Source: an uncultured Bacteroidales bacterium (GTDB lineage Bacteria; Bacteroidota; Bacteroidia; Bacteroidales; VadinHA17). From it: 64,000 bases of DNA. The position numbers and the translations under genes were made by a program. The notes beneath the pieces are model-generated. The model had not been told where the DNA came from and did not search any database. It worked only from the letters and a program-made list of their open reading frames with translations. Location of the stretch: positions 70,291 through 134,290 of the forward strand of contig CAVTDE010000008.1 in the NCBI GenBank assembly GCA_963733455.1, in the 5' to 3' direction. This document shows, piece by piece, positions 46,670 to 56,125 of the stretch; the first letter of the stretch is position 1, and every line of letters begins with the position of its first letter.

Positions 46670-48052
46670 TTATTTCAAATCTGGATTAATGTTTTGATTC
46701 ACCCTGAATAAATTATTTGGATCATATTTATTCTTAATAGTTACCAGCCTGGTATAATTGCCACCATAAGTTGCTTTCACACGTTCTTCCCCTTCATCCA
46801 TCATAAAATTGACATAGGCGCCTCCAGCTGAGTAGGGATGCACTGCTTCCCAATACTCTTTGGTCCAGGAGATGATCTCTTTGTTTGCAGGATCAGAGTC
46901 AACACCGATAATTACCATCGACCATGTAGCATCGCGGTAATTCCATGAGGTATCTTTTTTACTCACTTTTGAAGCAGCACCATTGACAGGATATAAATGC
47001 ATTCCAGATTGCCAGGTTGGAGCTGTATTCGCGAATCTGATATGTTCAGCAATTGATTTATCATTTAGTTCGTTTACGAAATCGGCCCGCCAGTACCATT
47101 GCAAACCCGGAGGATATACTCCATCGAAAAGTCCCTGTAAAACGGGTTGAGGAATTGGACCTGCCATGTCTAAAGCTGGTTTCTTAAAAGCCCTGATCGG
47201 TTTGAACGCTTCTTCAGCTTTGTCCAGTGGCCCGGTGTATGACCATACAACCCCGCAAACTTTCTTTAGATGAAGATGCTCAGGAAACATAGGTGCAGGA
47301 GGAATGGTCATGAAGGCAAAAAATCCATTCATATTATCAGGTATATCTTTTTTAATAAACCTGTTATACCATTTCATGACATCTTCTGCCTCGCTCATCT
47401 CGTAAAGTATTGGTCCGGCGTAGACGATGTTAATCGGTTGAAGTTTAAATGTGAAAGCAGTTACTACACCGAAGTTTCCGCCTCCTCCTCTTACTGCCCA
47501 GAATAAATCCTGATTCTTCTTTGCATTAGCTGTCACAAAACTTCCATCAGCCAGAACCATATCCACTTCAAGAAGGTTATCAATACTTAATCCGAACTGT
47601 CGTGTAAAATGACCCAGACCGCCACCGGTGGTTAAGCCACCAACACCAGTAGTAGAGATAATTCCGCTGGGAGTTGCCATTCCGAATGCATGGGTTGCAT
47701 GGTCAATATCTCCCCAGGTGCAACCTCCACCGGCCACAACCGTTTTTGCAACAGGATCCACTTTTGTATATTTGATAGCCGAAAGATCGATCACCAACCC
47801 GTCGTCACAGATTCCCAGCCCACCGCCATTGTGTCCTCCGCTCCTTATGGAAAGAAGTAATTTATTATTCCGGGCGAAATTCACACAGCTTATTACATCT
47901 GACACATCCCTGCAATATACGATCATACGAGGACGTTTATTGATCATTTCATTATATACTTTACGGGCATCATCGTACCCTTTGTCGTGAGGCTCCACTA
48001 AACTACCCCGCAGACTTTCCCTGAATTCCTTCACAGAAGTTTCGCTTAGCAT
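46670..48052 (-). CDS. FAD-linked oxidase with a berberine-bridge-enzyme-like C-terminal domain
   Basis: FAD_binding_4 blocks (SIRSGGHNGGG, GGGCTWGDID, GGLGHFTRQFGL). The BBE-type end is YGGNYTRLVTIKNKYDPNNLFRVNQNI. Confidence 0.85.
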   Translation of the reverse strand: MLSETSVKEFRESLRGSLVEPHDKGYDDARKVYNEMINKRPRMIVYCRDVSDVISCVNFARNNKLLLSIRSGGHNGGGLGICDDGLVIDLSAIKYTKVDPVAKTVVAGGGCTWGDIDHATHAFGMATPSGIISTTGVGGLTTGGGLGHFTRQFGLSIDNLLEVDMVLADGSFVTANAKKNQDLFWAVRGGGGNFGVVTAFTFKLQPINIVYAGPILYEMSEAEDVMKWYNRFIKKDIPDNMNGFFAFMTIPPAPMFPEHLHLKKVCGVVWSYTGPLDKAEEAFKPIRAFKKPALDMAGPIPQPVLQGLFDGVYPPGLQWYWRADFVNELNDKSIAEHIRFANTAPTWQSGMHLYPVNGAASKVSKKDTSWNYRDATWSMVIIGVDSDPANKEIISWTKEYWEAVHPYSAGGAYVNFMMDEGEERVKATYGGNYTRLVTIKNKYDPNNLFRVNQNINPDLK

Positions 48053-48203
48053 AGTCTTAATTTTTAAGAGGTTTATAATTAGAACTTATTAACATTAAAG
48101 AAGCTATATGAAACAAGAAAATAAAGATTAAGTTCATCTTTACTGAATTTATTTAACAAAAGTCAAACAAGGTTTCTTTTTGCATAAGAAAATAAGGTGT
48201 TCG

Positions 48204-48345
48204 GGTTGCTCTCATTATGTCGCATTGCTGTAATGTTTTGGTAACAGGCATGCAACATAATTCGCAACCCTCACTGATTGATAAGTGCGAGCCTGCTGCA
48301 TCCAATTTTATGCGGCAAACCGTGGGTTTGCATAAAGCAATATTT
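48204..48345 (+). repeat. Repeat family C, copy C2
   Basis: GGTTGCTC...AATTCGCAACCCTCACTGATTGATAAGTGCGAGCCTGCTGCATCCAATTTTATGCGGCAAACCGTGGGTTTGCATAAAGCAATATTT has the same orientation as C1 and lies 1739 bp away. Confidence 0.7.
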
Positions 48346-48367
48346 AATCAGTGTCTGCCAGCCCTGC

Positions 48368-49585
48368 TTATGAACCCGGTTTCAGGCTGTAGGCCATCAG
48401 GGCTGTTCCATGCCGTATGAACAGGAGCCCGTTTGAGATCGTCATATGAGCAATTGATGGACCTGTTCCTGAGGCAGTTTTAAATGAGCTGACAAGTTCG
48501 AAGCCTTTATCGGTAATATTGAACAGGTATACTCTTGCTGTACCATCCTCATAACAATAAAGCTGATTTCCTGCAACAAGAAAATTGCATGTTCTCAATC
48601 TGTTATAACGTGCAATGGATTTACCGGTTTTCATATCAATACAGGCGATCCCGCGGGGAAGTCCCGAAACTACAATTTTGTCATTGATAAAGGCTGAACC
48701 GCTTATTATAAGGGCCTTGATGGTATCAGACCATATTACAGTACGATTATTAAGTTCTTCGTTCCATTTGCATAATGATCCTCCTTTTTTGTCATCGCCC
48801 GGAAAATAAATCTGATTATTGATCATCTGTGGTACCATACTTCCTGCGATCCTGTCATCCTTCCAGATAATTTTTCCTGTGGTTGGATCAACAATAAAAT
48901 CGTATTGTTTGGATGACTGAAAAATGTAATTCCTATTCTTCCCTCTGATCAGAAGGGGAGTAGCGAAATAATTGGAATCCTTCAGAGTCTCCGATCTCCA
49001 GATGGTTTTTCCTGTCAGACAGTCGAGGGCTACCATAGTTGTCCGGTATCCGCAAGGTGTGAGTATAACTTTATCATCCATTACCAGAGGTGATTCAGCC
49101 GTGGACTGGTAGTTTCCGCCAAACTTTTCAAATGCTTTTATCTTCCATTCAGTTTTCCCTGTCAGTGCATCGAAACAGGCAATATCTCCCAGAGCAGATA
49201 ATGCATAGATCTTATTTTTATAATAAGCAGGAGTGCTTCGGCTATGCTGCCACTCCCCGGTCTGTAATGCTCTTCCGATCACCTGCTGCCACTTTACATT
49301 TCCACTCAGGTCAATTGTGGTAAGAATCTCCACAGAATCTTTCTTACCCTGGGTAAAGACCATTTGATCCTGGATTATAGAGGATGAAAATCCCTCACCG
49401 ACTGTAGTTACTGACCATCGCAGGGCAGGTCCGTCAGCAGGCCATTTACTGAGAAGGTTTGACTCCTCACTGATTCCGTTTCGGGCTGGTCCTCTCCATT
49501 GAGGCCACTGAGAATATATATTCCCGCTGAATGACAATAAAAACAGGATGCATACCAGGTAACTGAAAGTTTGGAATGTTTTCAT
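48368..49585 (-). CDS. PQQ-like beta-propeller repeat protein (BamB-like fold), secreted
   Basis: 405 aa with a signal peptide. WPQWRGPARNG opens the propeller, and G.T.W repeats recur (LTGKTEWK, LTGKTIWR, TTGKIIWK). Confidence 0.75.
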   Translation of the reverse strand: MKTFQTFSYLVCILFLLSFSGNIYSQWPQWRGPARNGISEESNLLSKWPADGPALRWSVTTVGEGFSSSIIQDQMVFTQGKKDSVEILTTIDLSGNVKWQQVIGRALQTGEWQHSRSTPAYYKNKIYALSALGDIACFDALTGKTEWKIKAFEKFGGNYQSTAESPLVMDDKVILTPCGYRTTMVALDCLTGKTIWRSETLKDSNYFATPLLIRGKNRNYIFQSSKQYDFIVDPTTGKIIWKDDRIAGSMVPQMINNQIYFPGDDKKGGSLCKWNEELNNRTVIWSDTIKALIISGSAFINDKIVVSGLPRGIACIDMKTGKSIARYNRLRTCNFLVAGNQLYCYEDGTARVYLFNITDKGFELVSSFKTASGTGPSIAHMTISNGLLFIRHGTALMAYSLKPGS

Positions 49586-49664
49586 GGATCTGGAATTAAA
49601 TTAAAGTTTTCGGTATGTAATATTATCTTTAACTAAAGACCTGAAACACCGGTCCAAACCCTAA

Positions 49665-49800
49665 TCATTGCCTAACTTACATAGGTTTTACTGTCGTAGA
49701 TTGCCAGTCCAAAGTCGGGAATGTTAAAGTTTGAGGGTTGGGGTTAGCTTTTGTGACTGACGGGGCAGTGCTATAATAATACCGTTAATATGGGACACCT
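49665..49800 (+). repeat. Repeat family B copy B2 (RayT-like relic, shortest)
   Basis: TCATTGCCTAACTTACATAGGTTTTACTGTCGTAGATTGCCAGTCCAAAGTCGGGAATGTTAAAGTTTGAGGGTTGGGGTTAGCTTTTGTGACTGACGGGG matches B1 at about 90%. Confidence 0.75.
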
Positions 49801-49857
49801 GCATATGATAAGAAATTCCAAAAAAGTTATCAATCATAGCATAATATGTATAGATTA

Positions 49858-49890
49858 TTTGATTTTCTTTACAAAAGAATATTATCTTTG
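49858..49890 (+). promoter_or_regulatory. Bacteroidota-type promoter candidate for the Fic gene
   Basis: TTTG at 49858-49861, a 21-nt spacer, and TATCTTTG (TAnnTTTG) at 49883-49890. It lies 68 nt before the ATG. Confidence 0.4.
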
Positions 49891-49957
49891 TATATAAAAT
49901 CGCATTTTCTTTACATAACATGAATGATTTGAATAATAATTCACCTTTTCTATACAT

Positions 49958-51034
49958 ATGACAAAGTCAGGTAAAAAGCTACTTCCGCTTCCACTGGATT
50001 GGGATGTAGAAACAAAGACAGTATTGAAAAGCCTTCCCTCTGCTCATGCTGCTCTGGCTGAACTAAAAGGTATTGCCTCGACAATGCCAAACCAAAGTAT
50101 ACTAATTAATACTTTGGGACTTCAGGAAGCCAAGGACAGTTCTGCGATTGAAAATATAATAACTACACATGATGATCTTTACAAATCAGAATTAAACCTT
50201 GATTCGTATAAATCACTTAATGCTAAGGAAGTACAAAACTATATTGCTGCTACAAAAACAGGATTTGATCTTATTACAAAAACCGGATTACTAACAAACC
50301 GGACTGTATTAAAAATTCAGGAAGTCCTCGAGGGTAACAAAGCTGGATTTCGTAAACTACCTGGGACAACTTTAAAAAATACTTCGACCGGAGAGATAAT
50401 ATACACTCCACCACAAGATCCTGAAGAAATCAAAGATTTGATGACCAATCTTGAGAAATTCATCAATGACAAGGAATCAAGTGACTTCGACCCTCTTGTG
50501 AAGATGGCAATTATTCACTATCAATTTGAGAGCATTCATCCGTTTTATGATGGTAATGGCAGAACCGGCAGGATAATTAATATTCTATACCTGATACAGG
50601 AAAAACTTCAGGACCTTCCAATTCTTTACTTAAGCAATTACATAATTAAAAATAAATCTGACTATTACAGACTTCTGCAGGAAGTAAGAACAAAGAACAA
50701 CTGGGAAGAATGGCTCCTTTTTATGATTAAAGCAGTGGATCAAACTTCAAGGGAGACTATTGACTTGATCATCAAGATTCGTGAGCTAATGATGAATTAT
50801 AAACGCACATTACGAGACAATTATAAATTCTACAGTCAGGATTTACTCAATAACCTTTTTAAACATCCGTACACAAAAATTGAGTTTATTCAACGGGACC
50901 TAAATGTCTCAAGGATTACTGCAGCCAATTATTTGAATCAACTTGCTGATGACAAACTCCTGACAAAAAAGAAACTGGGGACAGCAAATTATTATATCAA
51001 TGATCCCCTCTTTAAATTGCTCTCCGAAAGATAA
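49958..51034 (+). CDS. Fic-family protein, class II (cis inhibitory helix)
   Basis: Active-site motif HPFYDGNGRTGR. The N-terminal SSAIEN fits the (S/T)xxxE(G/N) inhibitory motif. The C-terminal segment is wHTH-like (ISRITAANYLNQL). Confidence 0.9.
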   Translation: MTKSGKKLLPLPLDWDVETKTVLKSLPSAHAALAELKGIASTMPNQSILINTLGLQEAKDSSAIENIITTHDDLYKSELNLDSYKSLNAKEVQNYIAATKTGFDLITKTGLLTNRTVLKIQEVLEGNKAGFRKLPGTTLKNTSTGEIIYTPPQDPEEIKDLMTNLEKFINDKESSDFDPLVKMAIIHYQFESIHPFYDGNGRTGRIINILYLIQEKLQDLPILYLSNYIIKNKSDYYRLLQEVRTKNNWEEWLLFMIKAVDQTSRETIDLIIKIRELMMNYKRTLRDNYKFYSQDLLNNLFKHPYTKIEFIQRDLNVSRITAANYLNQLADDKLLTKKKLGTANYYINDPLFKLLSER

Positions 51035-51387
51035 TTTAATAAAATACTAACGGTAACACGGACAATAAAGGTAAGTTGTTTGTCACGGTTTTTGCCCCGC
51101 TGAGGCGGGATTTGGCTTCGCCGAGCTCACTTCGTTCGGTTCGTCGCGGAGTTTATCCCGCATAGCAGGGCTCCTCAACTTTTGCTCCTGCTACCATAGA
51201 CAAATTTGCAATGGCCGTTGCACCCGGACACCCGCCTTCGCTTAAGCTACGGCTGGCGAAGCGCGCATCACAGTTTCGCGGCTAAAGTACCAGGACTCTA
51301 GCCGGTGCTCGCGTCGGGTAACGTTTACTCCCTCAACCGCCGGGTCGTTATAGGCAAGCATGACAAGATTCAAGCTATCTTTACTGA

Positions 51388-52539
51388 ATGAAATTAACAC
51401 GTCTTTTCATCGAATTCTTTAACAGCGAAAAATCCGGCGGACTTATCTTAGTTTTTGTGACAATTCTGTCGCTGTTACTTGCCAACTCGCCCCTGCAGAA
51501 TGATTATATCAATTTCTGGAAAATTGACTTTGTGGGACATACGATTGTAGAATGGATTAATGACGGGTTCATGACTTTATTTTTCCTTCTGATTGGGTTA
51601 GAATTAGAAAGGGAAATTTATACTGGTGAACTGTCTACCATTAAAAAGGCTTCATTGCCAATATTTGCAGCATTAGGTGGTATGTTAGTTCCCTTTGGAC
51701 TCTATTTATTTCTGAACTATGGGACAGACACTCAATCAGGTGCTGGTATTCCTATGGCGACAGACATTGCATTTGCCATTGGTATCTTATCGTTACTGGG
51801 AAGTCGTGTTCCGATTTCTTTAAAGATATTTTTAACAGCATTAGCAGTAATTGACGATCTGGGAGCAATAATTGTAATCGCCATTTTTTACACAACCGGA
51901 TTAGCATTTCTGAATTTATTCATCGCATTAGGGATTTTTGCTTTTATGTTGGTTCTTAACCGATTAAAGGTTCATAATTTAATTCCATATCTGATTGGCG
52001 GAGTAATTATGTGGTATTTTATGTTACACTCTGGTGTACATGCTACTATAACAGGGGTTTTATTAGCTCTGGCAATTCCTTTTGGCGATGGCGGAGAAAA
52101 GTCACCTTCATATATTGTACAGCATTTTTTACACAAACCAGTTGCTTTTATGATATTACCCTTGTTTGCTCTGGCCAACACCTGTTTAGCTATCGACAAT
52201 AATTGGCTGACTAGTATTGGAAAGGTGTACAGTATAGGAATTATTATCGGATTGGTAATCGGTAAGCCATTTGGAATATTTCTTTTTACTTATGCAGCAG
52301 TTGGGCTGGGGCTCTCTGCGATTCCATCTGACTTAAAATGGAAAAACATTTTTGGAGCTGGATTATTAGGCGGGATAGGTTTTACCATGTCAATTTTTAT
52401 TACACTGCTGGCATTTGACAAAACAGAAATAATAAACAGCTCTAAAATTGCAATTTTAATAGCTTCACTCATTGCAGGGATAATTGGATATTTCTGGCTC
52501 AAACAAACCCTTAAGAAAGATGTTGGTAATACGGACTAA
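51388..52539 (+). CDS. nhaA: Na+/H+ antiporter NhaA
   Basis: 383 aa with about 11-12 TM segments. NhaA blocks WINDGFMTLFFLLIGLELEREI, IPMATDIAFAIG and ALAVIDDLGAIIVIA include the DD pair. Confidence 0.9.
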   Translation: MKLTRLFIEFFNSEKSGGLILVFVTILSLLLANSPLQNDYINFWKIDFVGHTIVEWINDGFMTLFFLLIGLELEREIYTGELSTIKKASLPIFAALGGMLVPFGLYLFLNYGTDTQSGAGIPMATDIAFAIGILSLLGSRVPISLKIFLTALAVIDDLGAIIVIAIFYTTGLAFLNLFIALGIFAFMLVLNRLKVHNLIPYLIGGVIMWYFMLHSGVHATITGVLLALAIPFGDGGEKSPSYIVQHFLHKPVAFMILPLFALANTCLAIDNNWLTSIGKVYSIGIIIGLVIGKPFGIFLFTYAAVGLGLSAIPSDLKWKNIFGAGLLGGIGFTMSIFITLLAFDKTEIINSSKIAILIASLIAGIIGYFWLKQTLKKDVGNTD

Positions 52540-52762
52540 CCTTGCCTGGAAGTCTCTGAGAATATCATATTTGAGAAAATTTCCGGATAGGTATCCATGG
52601 ATTTAATTTATCCTGATGAGTTATTAGACAGACTCCCGTTATGTGCTATAAGACAGACTCTTACCATAGACTATAAACAAATTTTCACAAAATAATAAGC
52701 ATTTATCTATCAAAGTTCAATATATCTAATTCTTCATATTAATAATTTAAAACGACTCGGTC

Positions 52763-53545
52763 ATGACTAAATTTATTAAAACACTCATTATTATTAATGG
52801 ACTAATAGTCCCTTTGGTTCTTTTAATTTTCTTATGTATTATTATCCGGGAAAGTGTTTGGAATTCCCCAAAACGATTTAATCCAGATCCCATTAAGACA
52901 GTAAATTTAATAACCAAAAACGGTGATACGCTCGTTACTCAGGGACTGCGATATCAAGATCCGGAAACTGTTTATAATTCTTCTGACTTTATAATAAAAG
53001 TAATGCCAAAAACTTATGATAAACCAAGAAAAATTGAATCAGAATCAACTATTAGAGCATATCGTGAAGTTGCAATGATGGGCTCTCACGAACCAACAGG
53101 ATACCTTGTAAATATTATATTTCTAGACGCCAATTACAATTATATCAGAAGACTTGTTGATAAAAAAGCATCGATTGAACAAGTAACAATACCAACTGAT
53201 TATGAACACCAAAAGGTTGATACTACAGTTAAGAATATCGGGTACCTTATTGCATATGAGGATTCAAATAATGACAAAATTATTGACTGGAATGATGATT
53301 ATGATCTTTATATATCCGATCTTGATGGTAGAAATCTATTTCAAATAACACACGATAAGGATATAAAAGGATTTGAATTTATCAACCAACACAATGATAT
53401 ATTCATCTCATACACTGACAGAAAAGATATTCGAGATGAATATAAAATAACAAGATTTGCATTATTTAACATTAAGACCAGACAACTTCGGGATTTAACA
53501 ACCATCGACAAGGCACTTAGAGACGTCCAAAATATTTTAAAATAA
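52763..53545 (+). CDS. Hypothetical membrane-anchored protein (ORFan)
   Basis: 260 aa with one N-terminal TM. It is AT-rich. DLYISDLDGRNLFQIT faintly resembles TolB/PD40-type repeats. Confidence 0.5.
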   Translation: MTKFIKTLIIINGLIVPLVLLIFLCIIIRESVWNSPKRFNPDPIKTVNLITKNGDTLVTQGLRYQDPETVYNSSDFIIKVMPKTYDKPRKIESESTIRAYREVAMMGSHEPTGYLVNIIFLDANYNYIRRLVDKKASIEQVTIPTDYEHQKVDTTVKNIGYLIAYEDSNNDKIIDWNDDYDLYISDLDGRNLFQITHDKDIKGFEFINQHNDIFISYTDRKDIRDEYKITRFALFNIKTRQLRDLTTIDKALRDVQNILK

Positions 53546-53640
53546 GTACAGCACATAATAAAGAGGACTTAATGTGGCATGTAGTGCCAGGCATGAAGTC
53601 TCACATTGCACTACATCAAGATACCTGACCTTTTTATATG

Positions 53641-53830
53641 CACTTACCGCCGTTATTCGTTGTCGTCGGCAGACTATAGTGGAGCATCCTTTCGGAACGA
53701 TCAAACGACAGTGGGGCTTCGCTATATACTGACAAAGTGTGGAATGTGCCGAGCCTCATCGGATGTCGGATTCATGTTCCCCGTTAGGCGCAACCGGAAT
53801 CCGCACTACGATGACTGCCATATCGACATG
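53641..53830 (+). pseudogene. IS1182/IS5-type DDE transposase C-terminal remnant (frameshifted)
   Basis: RRQTIVEHPFGTIKRQWGF (53662-53718) is followed, in a second frame, by YILTKCGMCRASSDVGFMFPVRRN. This is the conserved tail of IS1182-family transposases. No upstream catalytic part is present. Confidence 0.65.
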
Positions 53831-53855
53831 AGAGAAAATTTTGTATTTTTGAGAC

Positions 53856-54158
53856 ATGAATGTAATTGATCAAAATATTGAAATCATTCGAGACTTATGC
53901 TCAAAACATAAGGTATCCACACTATTTGTTTTCGGTTCAATACTCACTAAAAAATTTAAGAAAAGTAGTGACATTGATCTTCTGGTTGATTTTAAGGATG
54001 TCGACCTGTATGATTACGCCGACAATTACTTTGATTTAAAAGATGCATTTGAGAAGATTTTTAAACGCAATGTCGATCTTCTTGAAGATAAGGCTATAAA
54101 AAATCCATACTTACGTCAATCCATTGATTCTTCAAAGCGACTTATATATGGACAATGA
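53856..54158 (+). CDS. MNT-type nucleotidyltransferase (antitoxin of the MNT/HepT pair)
   Basis: LFVFGSILTKKFKKSSDIDLLVDF carries the GS...DxD minimal NTase motif. 100 aa. Confidence 0.8.
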   Translation: MNVIDQNIEIIRDLCSKHKVSTLFVFGSILTKKFKKSSDIDLLVDFKDVDLYDYADNYFDLKDAFEKIFKRNVDLLEDKAIKNPYLRQSIDSSKRLIYGQ

Positions 54159-54486
54159 AATCAAAACATGGCTTTTTGATATCCTCCAATCAATTAAGGA
54201 GGTAGAAAGTTACTATTCAGACAGACCTAAGAAATTTGAGGAATACGTATCTGATTTCAGAACAAAAAGGGCGGTTGAAAGAAATATAGAAATCATTGGA
54301 GAAGCAGTAAATCGGATCTTAAAGCGAGATAAAAATTTTAAACTTAATAATGCCCGGCAGATAATCGGTACAAGAAACAGGATAATCCATACGTATGATA
54401 AAATTACTGACGACCTTGTCTGGAGTATAATTATAAATAGCCTTCCTAAACTAAAAGAGGAAGTCGAAGACTTATTAAAACAATAA
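54148..54486 (+). CDS. HepT-type HEPN (DUF86) toxin
   Basis: The RNRIIHTYD block (Rx4-6H HEPN motif) in about 112 aa. The ATG at 54148 overlaps the MNT stop by 11 nt. The track ORF starts at 54124. Confidence 0.8.
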   Translation: MDNEIKTWLFDILQSIKEVESYYSDRPKKFEEYVSDFRTKRAVERNIEIIGEAVNRILKRDKNFKLNNARQIIGTRNRIIHTYDKITDDLVWSIIINSLPKLKEEVEDLLKQ

Positions 54487-54642
54487 TAACGGCTTCGCCT
54501 AATACATAAGGCTTCATACGGTGTGTAGCACCCGGTAATGAAGCTCACGTTGAACCAAATCCCTCCCGAAACAGTATTATCGGGATTCAATGAGATTCTT
54601 TTATTGATTGATTAATGCTCAATTCGGTACACTCCCTGAACA

Positions 54643-55674
54643 CTATTTCCTACCGGTACCGGCATTTCCTGGACTTGTAGTACCGGAGCTATCAATCTTA
54701 GTATAATAGATTTCACTGAAATCTATAACTGAAGTCTTTCCGTTTTCAGTCAGTTCAGCCAGGTTATCACAGACTCCTGTACCATAATTAACTGAGTAAT
54801 TGCCGGTCTTACCATTCTCAGTATTTGTAATAGATTCTGAGCCGGAAACCGGAATCCATGAGTCAATGCATCTGTAATCTGTAACCAATGGTCTGTCTAC
54901 AGTGTAGCGATACTCGTAATTATACTCTACTGATTCGCTTTTATTATAGTAGTCTCCCACAAGGACTGTATATGAGATGCTATCCCATTTGTTTGAATAG
55001 TCAGATAAATATTGATAGGTGGAGCTATCGTCAGTAACCATAACTATATCCTCATGACCGGTGGATGAGCCCGACCAGTTAAACACCACCGGAGAAACTG
55101 TAACCGTTGAATCATTTTTGTTTTCTTTAACACCTGTACTGAAATACGAATTACCGTCTGAGGTAAAAGAATACTCTGATAATCCATTCATTTTAACACC
55201 ATAAGTATAATAATCATTATAGATTACTTTTGAATAATAATTGTTGCCTTCATTTCTCCAGATGTAGGTAATTTTCCCTTTGTATAGTGATCCATACTCT
55301 TCACATCCGTCTCCATAATCATAAATAGTTGTATGAGTTCCATCTGTATTATCATACTCACTTACCGTAGCACACGTAAAGAACTTCCAGTAAACTTCCG
55401 GATCGACACTGATACTGTCAATATAATTGGAATCAATCCCGGTCCCTGAAATGTTAAGTTCTCCATTCTTCATCTGGCTTTCACCAATAACTGAAAGAAA
55501 ATTACTCATTTGTCCAGAATTTGCATTTATAGCATTCATCCGGGTTTTTAATTCGAGGAGTTTTTTAGCACCCTCACTAAGGTTCTGGTTATCAGTTTTG
55601 TTTTTTTCACAGGAAATTATCACCGAAAAACTGATAATTACAATAATGATTGGATTAATAATTCTTGGTTTCAT
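54643..55674 (-). CDS. ORFan lipoprotein, paralog P2 of 28769..29803
   Basis: 343 aa with lipobox ISC and the same four Cys blocks as P1. About 170 bp of its upstream region are also homologous to the P1 upstream region (GGCATAGTAATTGTGAT, GAATTCT, TTTGCNCAAA). Confidence 0.75.
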   Translation of the reverse strand: MKPRIINPIIIVIISFSVIISCEKNKTDNQNLSEGAKKLLELKTRMNAINANSGQMSNFLSVIGESQMKNGELNISGTGIDSNYIDSISVDPEVYWKFFTCATVSEYDNTDGTHTTIYDYGDGCEEYGSLYKGKITYIWRNEGNNYYSKVIYNDYYTYGVKMNGLSEYSFTSDGNSYFSTGVKENKNDSTVTVSPVVFNWSGSSTGHEDIVMVTDDSSTYQYLSDYSNKWDSISYTVLVGDYYNKSESVEYNYEYRYTVDRPLVTDYRCIDSWIPVSGSESITNTENGKTGNYSVNYGTGVCDNLAELTENGKTSVIDFSEIYYTKIDSSGTTSPGNAGTGRK

Positions 55675-55817
55675 TTTGCTTTCTGGTAAGAGTTTTACAA
55701 TTTGCGCAAAGAAATATTATAACATAATGTATTATTTGTAATTCAGAATTCAGATGGCAGGATTTTTAGTTAGTCACATATTAAAATCACAATTACTATG
55801 CCAAAACCTTTATTTGT

Positions 55818-55846
55818 CACTCTCGCTTTTTTGTTGACCTACCCGG
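55818..55846 (+). repeat. Degenerate copy of the tRNA-Gln 3' end plus one terminator arm
   Basis: CACTCTCGCTTTTTTGTTGACCTACCCGG compares with CACTCTCGCTTTTTTGTTGACCCACCCAGG at 60299-60328. Confidence 0.65.
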
Positions 55847-56125
55847 TCCCCGTAAATAAAGGGGTTTTGTCGCTGATTAGATGATTGTTATATAATTTAA
55901 TGAAAGTGATCTGCAATTAATTCATCAATTTTATATATTATTCTATATCTGCATATTATGCATTTCTTTAATAGTTCAAAACTAGTACAAATAATTTGGA
56001 AGTTCAAATTACCCGTATATTTGAGGTTCAACTCTGGGTCAGCATCAATCTGATTCTGAACAGTCGCGTACTGAAAGCTGAATATGTCCCATTATCATAT
56101 CTATCTGTGCAGAAAGGGCTCGCAA

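Noticed and set aside
28600-55846. Actively invertible 25-kb segment (shufflon-like) driven by the inverted P1/P2 repeats
   Set aside because: The repeats are only about 85% identical, no site-specific recombinase is present, and no short perfect crossover core was seen. It is kept as a structural observation only.
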